A stretch of 64,000 nt of DNA. Source: an uncultured Chloroflexia bacterium. GTDB taxonomy: Bacteria > Chloroflexota > Anaerolineae > Anaerolineales > E44-bin32. The stretch covers positions 87,753 through 151,752 of the forward strand of contig CAVPZJ010000002.1 of the NCBI GenBank assembly GCA_963710255.1. Reading direction: 5' to 3'. The notes below the pieces were generated by a model. It did no database searches and was not told the DNA's origin. It worked only from the letters and a program-made list of their open reading frames with translations. Below are positions 1-11,135 of the stretch, piece by piece; within the stretch, counting starts at the first letter, position 1, and each line of letters starts with the position of its first letter. Made by a program: the position numbers and the translations under genes.

Positions 1-2202
1 CCCCCGCTGAAGGTGGCCTATGCGCGTGAAGGCGCCCGAATCTACGACGGGCATCAGCCCGGGTTCCAGGAGATGACCCTCAAACGGGCCACGATCCGCG
101 GCGTCGAGTCAACTTCGATGGTTTGTTCTGAGAAGGAACTGGGCATCTCGGAGGAGCACGAAGGGGTCATCCTGCTCGATGCCGACGCGCCCGTCGGTGT
201 GCCGCTGGCGGACTACATGGGTGATGCGGTGCTCGAGATCACCATCACGCCCAACATGGCCCGAGACGCGAACATCCTGGGCGTGGCGCGCGAGGTGGCG
301 GCGTTGACCGGAGCCGGGCTGCGTGAGCCCGAGCTGGACCTTCCTACGGGCGGTAGCCCGATCAAGGGGAAGGTGTCGATCGAAATCCGGCAGCCTGACA
401 TGAACCCACGCTTCGTGCTGGGGATGATCGAAGGGATTTCACCGGGGCCGAGCCCGTACTGGGTTCAACGCCGGCTCCAATTGGCGGGGATGCGCCCGAT
501 CAACAACGTCGTCGACGCCACCAACTACGCCATGCTCGAAATTGGCGAGCCGCTGCATGCGTTTGACTACGATGTGCTGCTCGAGCGGGCAGGCGGCAAG
601 CCGCCGACGATCATCACGCGTTTTGCCGAGAAGGGTGAACGGCTGACGACGCTCGATGGCGTCGAACGCGAGCTGGATGAGTTCACCATCCTCGTGGCGG
701 ACACAGCCGGGGTGCTCTCGATTGCCGGCGTGATGGGCGGGCTCGAATCGGAGGTGACCGAGAAGACGAGGCGCGTGCTGCTGGAAGGCGCAGCCTGGAA
801 TTTCATCAACATCCGCCAGACGCTGGCCGCACAGAACCTGCATTCCGAAGCGTCCTACCGGTTTGAGCGCGGCGTCCACCCGGCGCAGGCCGAACGCGGG
901 GTCCGCCGCGGTTTGTCCTTGATGGCCGAGCTTGCCGGCGGGGAGGTCGCAGCGGGTTTGGTGGACGCTTACCCGCAGCCCACAGAACCGCCCCCGATCA
1001 AGCTCACGCCGGCTGACGTGCGGCGCTGGCTGGGAATCGACCTGGGGCTTGACGAGATCGAAGCGCTGCTGGCCTCGCTCCAGTTTGACGTGCACCAGGC
1101 GCAGGGGGAACTGCAGGTTACCCCGCCGGATCACCGGCTCGATATTGGCCAGGGAGTGATCGGGCTGGCCGACTTGATGGAGGAGATCGCCCGCATCTTC
1201 GGGTATGACCGCATCCCGGAGACGATGATGGCTGATGCGCTGCCGCAGCCGCGCCATGACCGAAGCCGGGAGGTGGAGGAACGGGCGCGCGATTTGCTCG
1301 TGAACCTGGGCCTGCAGGAGATCATCACGTACCGCATGACCACGCCCGAACGAGAGCGCAGGATCCTGCCACCAGCGGTGGGATCCGATGACCGGCCCTA
1401 CATCACCATCGACAACCCGATCAGCACGGAACGGACCGTGATGCGGCACAGCCTGCTGGCAAGCGTGCTTGAGATTGTCGAGAGCAATGCCCGCTTCCGG
1501 GATCAGCTCGCCGTCTTCGAGATCGCCCCGGTGTACCTGGCTTCAGAGGGGGATGAGCCCTCCCAGGAACCGCTCAAGCTGGTCGTGGTGATGACCGGCC
1601 CCGAAGGACAACCAGCCTGGGATACCCCTCCCCAGCGCAACGCGGATTTCTTTGACCTGAAGGGTTTGCTGCAAGCTTTCCTGGAAGGGCTGCACGTGGA
1701 GGGGGCACGCTTTGAGACGCATGAGCACCCCGCCTTCCACCCGGGCAAGTGCGCGGCGTTGATCCGCGTCGACCGCAAGCTGGGCGTGATCGGGGAGCTG
1801 CACCCCCTGGTCAAGGCCAACTTCACGTTCTCCGCTGCGCCCGTGCTCGCTGCAGAGATCGATTTTCAAGCACTGCTGGACTGCGTTCCCGAGCAAAGCA
1901 GCATCGCAAGCGTGAGCGCGTTTCCGCCTGTCCTTGAAGACCTGGCGCTGGTGGTGCCGGAGGGGGTGCCTGCGAGCGAGGTGGAAGCCGAGATCCGCCG
2001 GGCAGGAGGCCGGCTGCTGACGGAAGTGCGATTGTTTGACTTATACCAGGGAGATCAAATTGGCCAGGGGTTGAAGAGCCTGGCTTACTCGTTGGTCTAC
2101 CAGGCGGCGGATCGAACGCTGACAGACGATGAAGTGGCGAAAGTCAGGAACAAGATCATCGAGCGCGTGCGACGTGAACTGGGAGGGGAACTGCGGGCTT
2201 AG
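1..2202 (+). CDS. pheT: phenylalanine--tRNA ligase beta subunit (5' end outside window)
   Basis: ORF 13..2202 stays open to base 1. By-eye homology to PheT B3/4, B5 and C-terminal FDX-ACB regions ([47 protein letters not shown]). Confidence 0.9.
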   Translation, partial: PPLKVAYAREGARIYDGHQPGFQEMTLKRATIRGVESTSMVCSEKELGISEEHEGVILLDADAPVGVPLADYMGDAVLEITITPNMARDANILGVAREVAALTGAGLREPELDLPTGGSPIKGKVSIEIRQPDMNPRFVLGMIEGISPGPSPYWVQRRLQLAGMRPINNVVDATNYAMLEIGEPLHAFDYDVLLERAGGKPPTIITRFAEKGERLTTLDGVERELDEFTILVADTAGVLSIAGVMGGLESEVTEKTRRVLLEGAAWNFINIRQTLAAQNLHSEASYRFERGVHPAQAERGVRRGLSLMAELAGGEVAAGLVDAYPQPTEPPPIKLTPADVRRWLGIDLGLDEIEALLASLQFDVHQAQGELQVTPPDHRLDIGQGVIGLADLMEEIARIFGYDRIPETMMADALPQPRHDRSREVEERARDLLVNLGLQEIITYRMTTPERERRILPPAVGSDDRPYITIDNPISTERTVMRHSLLASVLEIVESNARFRDQLAVFEIAPVYLASEGDEPSQEPLKLVVVMTGPEGQPAWDTPPQRNADFFDLKGLLQAFLEGLHVEGARFETHEHPAFHPGKCAALIRVDRKLGVIGELHPLVKANFTFSAAPVLAAEIDFQALLDCVPEQSSIASVSAFPPVLEDLALVVPEGVPASEVEAEIRRAGGRLLTEVRLFDLYQGDQIGQGLKSLAYSLVYQAADRTLTDDEVAKVRNKIIERVRRELGGELRA

Positions 2203-2813
2203 CCCTGTTCCTTGGCAACGCTCTCAGCGCGCTGGATCGCCACCGCCGCCAGCTGGGCCACGACCACGAGCAAGTGGTGGTCCTCGGCCGAGAATTCGCG
2301 ATCGGAAAGCTTATTCACAGCCTCGATCACGCCCAGCACGCGATCCCCGAGCAGCAACGGCACGCAAGCCAACGTCTGCGTGTGAAAGCCAAAGGCTTCG
2401 TCCACCTGGGGGTAAAAACGGGGGTCTTTATGCACATCGTGGACGATGGCGGGTACGCGCTGGTCGGTCACCCAACCGGCGATCCCTTTGCCTGGCGGCA
2501 GGCGGTATCCCTTCAGGCGGGCGCTGGCTGTGCCGCTCACCACGGCGAACACAAGCTCTTCCGTATCCTCGTCCAGCAGGAGCAGTGATCCGTCGCTGCT
2601 CCCCAGGACAGCCAGGGCGGAAGCCAGCAGATCCTCAAGCACATTCAGCAAGTTGGTCGCCGGCGTCATGCGCTGGATGAGGTCCTGGATGGCGCTCAGC
2701 CCGCGCACCGAGGAGCGCAGTACGGTCAGTTCGTCCTTAAGTTCCTGGTTCTCCTGCCGCAAGCGGGAAACTTCGCCCTGCAGGAAGCGCAGCGGATCAC
2801 GGGTATCGACCAT
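2199..2813 (-). CDS. GAF domain-containing protein with N-terminal coiled coil
   Basis: Internal ATG at 2813 of track ORF 2199..3269. GAF-like core ([29 protein letters not shown]). Its TAA overlaps the pheT TAG (convergent). Confidence 0.75.
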   Translation of the reverse strand: MVDTRDPLRFLQGEVSRLRQENQELKDELTVLRSSVRGLSAIQDLIQRMTPATNLLNVLEDLLASALAVLGSSDGSLLLLDEDTEELVFAVVSGTASARLKGYRLPPGKGIAGWVTDQRVPAIVHDVHKDPRFYPQVDEAFGFHTQTLACVPLLLGDRVLGVIEAVNKLSDREFSAEDHHLLVVVAQLAAVAIQRAESVAKEQG

Positions 2814-2923
2814 GCGGGCATCCTCCGTAGGCCTTGATAGTAGCATAGACCGCCGGCTCGGCGAAAGCCCAAAATCAAAGCGCCCCGATTGGCGGGGCGC
2901 TGAGCGGGAGACTTCGCAGTACC

Positions 2924-3134
2924 TTAGACGGGAGTCACGGCTGCGGCTTGCAAGCCCTTCGGCCCCGAACTCGATGCTGAATTCCACCTGCTGGCCTTCT
3001 TCCAGCTTGCGGTAGCCGTCCATCTGGATTGCCGAGAAGTGCACGAAGACATCATCGCCTGTTTCTCGCCCGATAAAGCCATAGCCTTTGACCGCGTTGA
3101 ACCATTTGACCGTGCCAATTTCACGTTCTGCCAT
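2924..3134 (-). CDS. cold-shock protein (CspA family), reading frame broken by one extra base in this sequence
   Basis: [37 protein letters not shown]...VEFSIEFG, then after skipping one base in the C-run 2963-2966, [12 protein letters not shown] (stop 2924-2926). ATG-to-stop is 211 nt (3n+1). GGAGG RBS present. As sequenced it reads through into the GAF gene. Confidence 0.85.
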
Positions 3135-3259
3135 TGCCAGCATCCTCCAGCGCAAATCACGATGACGTGCCAGTCCGGGATAACCAACACCGCCGGGATC
3201 GTGCGCCTGGCGGTGGTAGATCCTGTGGGATTCGGGTTGGTTTTTCCTTGACGGGCGGC

Positions 3260-3288
3260 ATGGTATCATGGCTGCTTGTGAGCGTCAA
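3260..3288 (-). promoter_or_regulatory. candidate sigma70-type promoter of csp
   Basis: Minus strand TTGACG (3288-3283), 17-nt spacer, TACCAT (3265-3260). Implies a ~120-nt 5' UTR, as is usual for csp genes. Confidence 0.45.
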
Positions 3289-3357
3289 GGTGGGCAAGAT
3301 TCAGGGCCCGCCAGGGCGCCAGGAACCCAACACCCCATTCGTGACAAGGGCCATTGA

Positions 3358-3786
3358 ATGAACATTTACTTCTCCTGCTCCCTCACCGGGGGGCGCGCCG
3401 ACGAAGAAGTCTATGGCGCGTTGGTCGATGACATGCTCGCCGCCGGCCACGAGATCCCCACCGCACACCTGGCGCGGCCAGAGGTGATGTCGCTGGAGCG
3501 GATCGTGGAGCCGGCCGAGGTCTACCAGCGCGACATGGCCTGGATCGCAGGTTGCGATGCGGTTGTGGCCGAGGTGACCACGCCATCCCATGGCGTCGGA
3601 TATGAGATCGCCGTGGCCCTCCAGTTGGGAAAGCCAGTCCTATGCTGCCACCGGCGCGGCCGGCCGGTCTCGAAGATGCTCACCGGCAACGATTTTCCTG
3701 GATTGGAGATCATCGACTACGCCGAAATCGATGAAGCGCTGGCTGGTGTGAGAGCCTTCCTGGCCGCGCTTGAGCGTGGGGCTTGA
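3358..3786 (+). CDS. nucleoside 2-deoxyribosyltransferase-like / 2'-deoxynucleoside 5'-phosphate N-hydrolase (DNPH1/RCL) family protein
   Basis: MNIYFSCSLTGGR.. and DAVVAEVTTPSHGVGYEI resemble the DNPH1 pattern (YF.GSIRGGR ... VVAEVTQPSLGVGYE). Confidence 0.7.
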   Translation: MNIYFSCSLTGGRADEEVYGALVDDMLAAGHEIPTAHLARPEVMSLERIVEPAEVYQRDMAWIAGCDAVVAEVTTPSHGVGYEIAVALQLGKPVLCCHRRGRPVSKMLTGNDFPGLEIIDYAEIDEALAGVRAFLAALERGA

Positions 3787-3799
3787 AGCGGAGGCAGAC

Positions 3800-4438
3800 A
3801 TGAAGCTCGACCCATTACGCTTGCTCGATCATCTGCACTGGATCGGTCATGACAGTTTCCGGCTGGACAACCCCGTGTCGATTTATATTGATCCGTGGCG
3901 GTTGCCAGCGGAGAGCCCGGCGGCGGACATCATCCTCGTCAGCCACGAACACCACGATCACTTCTCGCCCGAAGATATCGCCCGTATTCTCAAGCCAGGG
4001 ACACAGATCCTGGCCAGTGCAGGGGTGGCCGAGAAATTCGGCTCACCGGCTGAAGCGCTCAAGCCCGGAGATCATCGAACGCTTGGCGCGGTCAGGGTTG
4101 AGACGATCCCGGCTTATAACCTGGAAAAGCCCTTTCATCCCCGGGCTGCGAACCATCTCGGGTTCATCCTCGAGATCGCGGGTGAACGCTTGTACTTCGC
4201 AGGCGACACCGATTTGATCCCGGAAATGGAAGATGTCGAGTGCGATATCGCCCTCCTGCCGGTCAGCGGAACGTACGTGATGGATGTCGATGAAGCGGTG
4301 CGGGCGGCGGGCGTGCTCATGCCCCGGGTGGCCATACCGATGCACTACGGCGCGGGTGTCGTTGGCACCGAGGCCGATGCGGTGCGTTTCCAGGAATTGA
4401 GCCCGGTGCCGGTCGTCGTGCTCAAGGCGGAGGGCTGA
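3800..4438 (+). CDS. MBL-fold metal-dependent hydrolase
   Basis: ATG at 3800 within ORF 3770..4438. HxHxDH motif (SHEHHDHF) and later PMHYG. Size ~212 aa. Confidence 0.8.
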   Translation: MKLDPLRLLDHLHWIGHDSFRLDNPVSIYIDPWRLPAESPAADIILVSHEHHDHFSPEDIARILKPGTQILASAGVAEKFGSPAEALKPGDHRTLGAVRVETIPAYNLEKPFHPRAANHLGFILEIAGERLYFAGDTDLIPEMEDVECDIALLPVSGTYVMDVDEAVRAAGVLMPRVAIPMHYGAGVVGTEADAVRFQELSPVPVVVLKAEG

Positions 4439-4463
4439 GCGGGCAACACGGGGAAAGCACGCG

Positions 4464-4910
4464 CTATTCGGGCAAGGGCTCCTTGAACGCGAGCACCCTG
4501 GCCTGGGTCTCGGCCTCGATGGCGCTGATGAAGTTCTCGAAGTCTGCTTCCTGGAAGCGGCTTGTCTCTCCCGCAGGACGGCCGAGGATGATGGTCGAGG
4601 CCTCGAGTTCCTTCGCCACCTCGGGCAGGATCTCACGCACGACGCCGATGCGGATGATGCTGGCAGCATGCACGCCCTTTTCCAGGGCGCGTTCCGCAGC
4701 CATGGCGAGCAGGAATTCACCCATGTTGACCAGTTCGTCTTCCACGTCGACCACAACCGCAGCGGCCGTCTTGTTTAAGAAGGAGCTGTCCGCGACGTAG
4801 AGGAAGGCGAGCTCATCGCCGGATTGCGCTGCGAGTTCGATCGCCTTTAGCTGCGTCGGGATGCTCGCTTCACCGCCGCGTGTTGCACAAAGGATGAGTC
4901 CCATAGCCAT
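4464..4910 (-). CDS. universal stress protein (UspA/adenine-nucleotide alpha-hydrolase) family
   Basis: 148-aa ORF with Usp-like layout (ILCATRGGE...STIILGRPAG). Lies 7 nt downstream of the transporter gene on the same strand. Confidence 0.65.
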   Translation of the reverse strand: MAMGLILCATRGGEASIPTQLKAIELAAQSGDELAFLYVADSSFLNKTAAAVVVDVEDELVNMGEFLLAMAAERALEKGVHAASIIRIGVVREILPEVAKELEASTIILGRPAGETSRFQEADFENFISAIEAETQARVLAFKEPLPE

Positions 4911-4916
4911 CTCCCA

Positions 4917-6356
4917 TCAATAACGGACCAGCAACCAGATCGAAGCCAGGATCAGGGTCACGATCGTGGCTGGTAGTCCGTCCCGCATGAAGCGTTTAAA
5001 GGTGAGTCGGTAGCCCGCTTGCGCCAGCAAACCGACGGCGACGATGTTTGGTGCGGAGCCCAGGTAGGTGGCGTTGCCGCCCAGATCAGCCCCCAGGATG
5101 AGCGCCCAGTACACGATGCCGGATTGGCCGGCTGCAGGCAGGGTCTTTGTCAAGAAGTCAGCCACCGGCAGGGCGGCGACGGTGAAAGGGATGTTGGCCA
5201 CGATGGCAGAGGCGATGGCCGAGATCCAGGTCGTAAGCAAGGCTGCGCTGTCGGCGCTCTTGCCGGCCAGCACGCCGATCTGGGTTGCCAGCCAACCGAT
5301 CGCCCCGGTTGAGTCCATCGCGCCGACGACGATGAACAAGCCGATGAAGAAAAGCAGCGTGGTCCAATCCACCTCGCGCAGCATGTGGTGCATGTCCGGC
5401 CGGACCCAGGCGATGAGCACGGCCGCCCCGGAGATCGCCACTACCCCGGGCGGGATGTTGTCGAACACATCGGCAGCGAAGAAGAGCAGGAAGGTTAACC
5501 CGAGCATGACCAACGTTTTGCGCAGGGTGATGTGATTGCGGATATCCGAGTCGGCGGCCAGCCGCTCTATAAGCGTCGAGTGGGAATCAGGATCAGCAGG
5601 TTTGACCTGGTCGCGGTATTGGATGCGCACGACGATCAGCACGGCCAGCAAACAGATGACTGCGATGGGACCCATGTGAACCATGTAGCGGCCGAAGCTG
5701 ACGCCGATATGAGACCCAACAATCGTGCTGGGGGGGTTCCCGATCAGCGTTGCCGCACCGCCGATGTTGGAGACCAGCACCTCGGGGATGACGAAAACGA
5801 AGGGATGGATGTCGAGTGCGAGTGCGATCTGGATTGAAAGTGGCACGAGCAGGAGGATGACCGTGACGTCGTTTAATAAGGCGGAGGTAACGGCAGTCAG
5901 GACCAAAAGGCTGAAGAGCAGCTGCCAGGGTTTCCCCCTCGAGGCCTGATAGAAGCGGAAGGCTGTCCAGCGAAAGATGTTCGTCTCGGCCAGGATGCCG
6001 ACGAAGATCATCATCCCCATAATGAGAAATATGACGTTCCAGTCTACGAACAGCATCGCCTGTTCGAAGTCCAGCATGCGCATGCCGGGGTTGATGTGAC
6101 CCCAGATGTACGTCACGAGAAAAACGGCGGTAGCCCCGAGCAGGGCAGCTGCCGTCTCGTGCAGTAGGTGGAACGAGATGGCGATGAAGACCAGCAGGAA
6201 GATCCCGGTCGCGATCAGCGCAGCCAGCAGGTAGGGCTGCCCGTTGCTCCCACCTGCCTGGAGCCTCAGGCCATACTGGAATGCACGGGCTTGGGTCGCG
6301 ATCAGGACGGCTGGCAACAGGTACCTCGTGTGCGTAGCGGGGATGGCATGCGCCAC
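4917..6356 (-). CDS. ArsB/NhaD-superfamily (citrate-transporter-like) anion permease
   Basis: 479-aa polytopic membrane ORF. Two-repeat architecture and motifs (LLNDVTVILLLVP, NIGGAATLIGNPP, LGGNATYLGSAPN) are typical of the ArsB/NhaD/CitMHS fold. Confidence 0.75.
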   Translation of the reverse strand: MAHAIPATHTRYLLPAVLIATQARAFQYGLRLQAGGSNGQPYLLAALIATGIFLLVFIAISFHLLHETAAALLGATAVFLVTYIWGHINPGMRMLDFEQAMLFVDWNVIFLIMGMMIFVGILAETNIFRWTAFRFYQASRGKPWQLLFSLLVLTAVTSALLNDVTVILLLVPLSIQIALALDIHPFVFVIPEVLVSNIGGAATLIGNPPSTIVGSHIGVSFGRYMVHMGPIAVICLLAVLIVVRIQYRDQVKPADPDSHSTLIERLAADSDIRNHITLRKTLVMLGLTFLLFFAADVFDNIPPGVVAISGAAVLIAWVRPDMHHMLREVDWTTLLFFIGLFIVVGAMDSTGAIGWLATQIGVLAGKSADSAALLTTWISAIASAIVANIPFTVAALPVADFLTKTLPAAGQSGIVYWALILGADLGGNATYLGSAPNIVAVGLLAQAGYRLTFKRFMRDGLPATIVTLILASIWLLVRY

Positions 6357-6449
6357 TGCTGGCGAGCAGCCTGGATCCCAGACTTGGGGAGGAATTGTAG
6401 GAGGGGAGCCCCTGGGGGGGAGGTGGACATGCCCTGCTTTGCGCAGGAA

Positions 6450-6713
6450 TCAGACAGCGTCGATGCGGACAAGATCCGGGAAGAACTGTCTCACAGAGCC
6501 TTCTACCCAGCCTCGCAGGGTGCCTTCCGAGAGTTCACACCCATCGCAGGCGCCACCCATTTTCACCGTGAGGATTTCACCATCGTACCCGACCATCTCG
6601 ACCGAGCCACCATGGTACTGCTCGATGTAGGCGCTGATCAATTCAATCAGAGCCTGCATGCGCTCCTGTGGCGTCGCATCCACAGCGTGATTATGGCTGA
6701 ACGTTTCCCTCAT
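6450..6713 (-). CDS. NifU-like Fe-S cluster scaffold domain protein
   Basis: 87 aa. GGSVEMVGYDGEILTVKMGGACDGC matches the NifU C-terminal domain CxxC pattern. Confidence 0.8.
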   Translation of the reverse strand: MRETFSHNHAVDATPQERMQALIELISAYIEQYHGGSVEMVGYDGEILTVKMGGACDGCELSEGTLRGWVEGSVRQFFPDLVRIDAV

Positions 6714-6741
6714 CAGGACCTCCCTTTGGCCGCTTCCGCCA

Positions 6742-7209
6742 CTAGGAGCTTACACCCTCCCGCAGCATCTCGACAACATGGGCATGCGTGTTTTGCAAGC
6801 GCTCGGCGATGACCCCTGCAAGCCGTTCCAGGATTAACACCCCCGTCACGGGATAAGCCTCACATAGTGATTTTAACGCATCCCCGCGCACGCTGATAGC
6901 CAGGCCGTCCTCGACGCAAACCGCACAGGAAGTGTAGGATGGCCGCCCAAGCGCCGCTGACCAGCCGAAGACACCGTTAGGCTGCACCTCGGTTACGTTG
7001 AGCATATCGCCATCATAGGGTTTGTAGCGGATGGCCACGCGCCCCTCGAGCAGGATGTAGAGGCGTTTTGCGCGCTTGCCCTGTTCGAAGATGACTTGTT
7101 CGCTTCGCAAGTGTTCCTCGACTGCACTCTCCGCCAGTGCGGTGAGGTGCGTTGGATCGAGCCCCTTGAACAGGGGCAGTTTGAGCAGCGCGTCAGGTTT
7201 CATCGGCAC
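6742..7209 (-). CDS. cyclic nucleotide-binding domain protein
   Basis: 155 aa. cNMP-binding beta-barrel signature (LFKGLD...IFEQG..A..LYILLEGRV...FGWSA). Confidence 0.75.
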   Translation of the reverse strand: MPMKPDALLKLPLFKGLDPTHLTALAESAVEEHLRSEQVIFEQGKRAKRLYILLEGRVAIRYKPYDGDMLNVTEVQPNGVFGWSAALGRPSYTSCAVCVEDGLAISVRGDALKSLCEAYPVTGVLILERLAGVIAERLQNTHAHVVEMLREGVSS

Positions 7210-7432
7210 AACCTACCCTGGAAGAAGTCTTCCAAGTGTATTGCGCCGGACGCACCCATCCGAAGTGGCTTCTTTCCCGATCTCGGCGACAACCATCACC
7301 TCGCAGGCGGTTTGCGCCTGTCCAGGTCTAGGCATACTTGCCTTGACGCAGGCTTGATCGGTACATTATAGTTAGCGTGCACAGGCAGATGTCTGGGTGC
7401 CCCCCTCACCTAGATATTTGTCTGTGTATCTT

Positions 7433-8707
7433 TTAAGCGTCCGACCGGGAGCCAGCCAGCTCCTCGACCACTGCCACGAGACGATCCACTTCTGAAATGG
7501 TGTTGTAATGAGTCAACCCGATCCTGACCATCCCGCCGGAATCCTCCAATCCCAGGCGCTCGGTGACGGCCAGGGCATAGTAGTTTCCATCCCAGACATA
7601 GATACCAGCTTCGCCCAGGACCTCTGCCACCCGACGCGGGGTCATTCCCTCCAACGTGAAGGATACCGTCGGAACGCGCTCATCCAGGCGATCCAAATCG
7701 GTCAAGCCGTGGATGTGCAGTCCGGGTACCCCGGAGAGCCCTTCGATCAACGCTCGCGATAGGCCATGTTCATAGGCCTGGATTAGCTTCATCCCGAGCT
7801 CGAACGAACGCCGCATACCTTGTGCGCTCGTCTCAACCAGGCCGGGATCCCCCGGCTCAAACCTTTCGCCCAGGGAGGCGAGATAGGTCAACGCTCCACG
7901 CAGCCCGGCAATGCCTTCGTGGTTCTGGGTGCCGGTTTCAAACTTCCCCGGAGGCTTGTTCGAGGCTGGGCGCACTTTATACGCCCGCAGGCGGTCAAGG
8001 TGCTCCATGTTTTCCGTAAAGGACGCCCAGGTGGGGGCCGAAGAATTTGTAGGCGGATACAGTCAGGAAGTCGCAGTCCAGCCCGCTGGACGTCGATTGG
8101 CCCATGCGGGGCATACTGGACGGCATCGATAAAACACAACGCACCAGCGGCATGCGCGAGTTCCACGACCCTGGCGACCGGGTTCGTCGTCCCCAGTGCA
8201 TTCGAAGCGTACCCGACGGCGATCAAACGCGTGCGGTCGGTAGATCAAGCCCTGGAGCTGCTCGATCTGCAGCGTGCCATCCTCTATGTCGAAGTCACAC
8301 CAATGCACCTTGCAGTTGCGATCATCCGCAAGCCGCAGCCACGGGGAGATATTGGCATCGTGATCGAGGCGCGTGACGATGAGCTCGTCGCCGGGCTGGA
8401 ATTCGAGGGCGAGGGCGTGGCTTAGGGCGAAGGTGAGCGTCGTCATATTCGGCCCGAAGACGACTTCTGAGGCTTCAGAGGCATTCAGGAAGGTCGCGGC
8501 CAGGTTGCGCGTTTCGTGCAGCACTTCGTCTGACCTCTGGCTGGTGAGAAAGGCTCCCCCGCGGTTCGCATTGTAATGAGCCAGGTACTCGGTCATCTCG
8601 TCGATGACATTCTGGTGGACCTGTGTGCCGCCCGGGTTGTCGAAGAACACGGCTCCGGAACTGAGTGCGGGAAACTCGCCGCGAATCTGGCTGGGATCAA
8701 ACTTCAT
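7433..8707 (-). CDS. class V aminotransferase / cysteine desulfurase family protein, broken by three +1 frameshifts in this sequence
   Basis: One protein continues across four minus-strand frames (track ORFs 8063..8782, 7888..8226, 7995..8201, 7433..8008): ..RLIAVGYASNALGT.., ..LDCDFLTVSAYKFFGPH.., ..EHLDRLRAYKVRPAS... Shifts near 8245, 8082-8084 and 8010-8013. Confidence 0.8.
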
Positions 8708-9335
8708 CTGAAATTCCTCCAGGGGGTAGCGTTGGATTGGCAGTTTGAAGAGCGGCGAGCATGCCCTCGGCACGGAGCACATCCTCCGGACTGTTCACGT
8801 TGAAGAAGCTCATCCGGTCAGGGTCCAGCTCGTCAAGCCGGGCATCGTCGATCTCGACCACGCGCACGGCCGGGTAAAAACTAATCATCCGCCGTTCCCC
8901 GGCTTCCAGGACCCGGTCCACGGCAGACAGGCAAACCTCGCGCCGGTAAAGCGCCAGGAGGGGTTCGTGCCTTCCCCCGGGGACGGGCACGACGACATCC
9001 CCCTCGCCGGCCAGGCTGAGGATGTAGTCGAGCAGCGCCCGTTGAAGGAAGGGCATATCGCAGGCGACGAGAAGCACATGCTCGTGCCTGGCGGAAGCCA
9101 ACGCCGTGCGCAGCCCGTGCAGAGCCCCGGCCCCCGGCATGTCGTCTTGCACGGTCCGGATGCCGAAGCGGGCAAAGCGCGTGGGATCGTTGGTGGTGAC
9201 CAGGGTCTCGTCGCCTATGCCGGATACGCGCTCGAGCACCAGCTCAATCAAAGCCTTTCCGCCCAGCTTGACGAAGGCTTTGTCTTGACCCATTCGGCTC
9301 GACCGGCCACCGGCCTGGATGACGACGCTCAGCAT
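8697..9335 (-). CDS. mobA: molybdenum cofactor guanylyltransferase
   Basis: MLSVVIQAGGRSSRMGQDKAF...LVACDMPF pattern typical of MobA. 212 aa. Confidence 0.85.
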   Translation of the reverse strand: MLSVVIQAGGRSSRMGQDKAFVKLGGKALIELVLERVSGIGDETLVTTNDPTRFARFGIRTVQDDMPGAGALHGLRTALASARHEHVLLVACDMPFLQRALLDYILSLAGEGDVVVPVPGGRHEPLLALYRREVCLSAVDRVLEAGERRMISFYPAVRVVEIDDARLDELDPDRMSFFNVNSPEDVLRAEGMLAALQTANPTLPPGGISDEV

Positions 9336-9394
9336 GGGGCCATTCTACACCGCAACGGTCCACCAGAGGCGGGTGTTATAATCCGAGGAACCGC

Positions 9395-10523
9395 ATGTCG
9401 AGCCTGGCCGAGATCCTGGATACGATGACAGCGCCCGGGGAACTGGTTGAAAAGCTCCCCGGGCAGGCAGTGCGCTGCACTGCCTGCGGCCACCGCTGCC
9501 TGATACGAGAAGGCCGGCGCGGCGTGTGCAAGGTGCGCTTCAACCAGGCTGGGACGCTGCATGTGCCCTGGGGATATGTCGCAGCCCTGCAGTGCGACCC
9601 GACTGAGAAAAAACCCTTCTACCACCTTTACCCCGGCTCGGACGCGCTCACCTTTGGGATGCTGGGCTGTGATTTCCACTGCGGGTACTGCCAGAACTGG
9701 GTCACCTCCCAGGCTCTGCGCAACCCGGCCTGCGACATCGCCGGTGGATACTTGCGGCAGAGTATCGCCGGAAGAGCTCGTCGCCCATGGCAAGAAGCTC
9801 GGCGCACGCGTGATTGCTTCCTCCTACAACGAACCTTTGATCACATCCGAGTGGGCCGCGGCGGTCTTCTCGAAGGCCATCCAGGCCGGCCTGCGCTGCG
9901 CGTTTGTTTCCAATGGGAATGCCACACCTGAAGCCTTGGACTACCTGGCACCCTACTTGACGGCCTACAAGGTCGACTTGAAGAGCATGCAGGACCGCAA
10001 TTACCGGACCCTGGGCGGTGTTCTGCAACACGTGCTTGACACGATCCAGATGGCGCATGACCGTGGCCTGTGGGTGGAGGTCGTCACGCTGATCGTGCCC
10101 GGTTTCAACGACAGCACCGAGGAGTTGATGGATGCCGCCCGCTTCATACGATCGGTCTCCCCCGACATCCCCTGGCATGTCACAGCCTTCCACCCGGACT
10201 ACCAGATGCAGGACGGGATCAGAACAACGGCGGATGAGCTGATACGCGCCGCTGAAATTGGTGAAGAGGCTGGATTGAATTTTGTCTATGCCGGCAACGC
10301 CCCCGGGCGGGTGGGGTCATACGAGGACACACGCTGCCCCGGGTGCCAGGCAGTGCTCATCCGCCGGTTCGGCTACGTCCTGCTCGAGTACAATCTATCG
10401 GGGGATGGTATGTGCCCGCATTGTGGCACCCGGGTTCCAGGGGTGTGGTCTGAGTTCCCGCAGGAAGTCCGCATCGGTAGTGGCGGCGATCTCTTGGCCC
10501 GTCGCCCGCGCCCGGTGCGGTAG
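9395..10523 (+). CDS. AmmeMemoRadiSam-system-type radical SAM enzyme (PflA-like activase family), one +1 frameshift
   Basis: N-terminal Cys cluster (CTACGHRC), radical SAM CDFHCGYCQNW, then the protein continues in another frame (SPEELVAHGKKLGARVIASSYNEPLITSEW...). Total 1129 nt (3n+1). Shift at about 9740-9765. Confidence 0.8.
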
Positions 10524-10552
10524 GTATGTAGGATCAAGGGTTGGTGATTTTA

Positions 10553-10855
10553 ATGGAGAAGAAACTCATCCTGACGTTCGATCCGATTCCGGAGCGGCGT
10601 GAAGCCTACTTCCGGTACGTCCTGGGGGAATTCGTCCCGTCTCTGGAACAGATGGGCCTTAAGATGTGCGAGGCCTGGCACACAGCCTACGGGGAGTACC
10701 CGCTGCGCCTGACGGCCTTCGTTGCCGAGGATGGAGAAGGCATGGAACAGGTCCTGACGTCAGAGGCGTTTCAGCTGCTTGAAGACCGCTTGATGGAGTA
10801 TGTCGTCAACTATCGCCGGCGCCTGGTTCCGCGCGAGAACGGCTTCCAGTTCTAA
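10553..10855 (+). CDS. hypothetical protein
   Basis: 100-aa ORF (MEKKLILTFDPIPERREAYFRYV...) with GC3-rich codon usage. No family recognised. Confidence 0.5.
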   Translation: MEKKLILTFDPIPERREAYFRYVLGEFVPSLEQMGLKMCEAWHTAYGEYPLRLTAFVAEDGEGMEQVLTSEAFQLLEDRLMEYVVNYRRRLVPRENGFQF

Positions 10856-11135
10856 CCCAGCGTTTCGATTCGGTGGGCCAGGATTGGGTGAGTTGGTTTC
10901 ACAAAATCGTGTATAATGCCACCGCCCTGGCGCACCGCACATCACACCTTCATCGCACTCCGCCCCCAAAAACCCGCTGCCAGGGTTTTTTCTATTTTCT
11001 CTGAAGAACAAGATTGATGTGGTCAATCTGGACGCAGATTATCCGCTTGAGGGGGTGACAGTATTCACTTGGCGGGTGTGCGCTGAGCGTGTAGAGTAGT
11101 GGAAACCCAGCGGTAAATGATGCGTGAGGTGCCCT

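Noticed and set aside
2199-3269. 356-aa CspA-GAF fusion protein as given in the ORF track
   Set aside because: The Csp C-terminus ([12 protein letters not shown]) and its stop are present in the adjacent frame after a one-base insertion. The GAF gene has its own ATG at 2813. The fusion is an artefact.
10912-10991. Small RNA gene (TATAAT at 10912, ~55-nt C-rich stretch, AAAAACCC...GGGTTTTTT hairpin)
   Set aside because: There is no acceptable -35 element and the hairpin is weak (3 G-C pairs). It is most simply the terminator of the upstream hypothetical gene.
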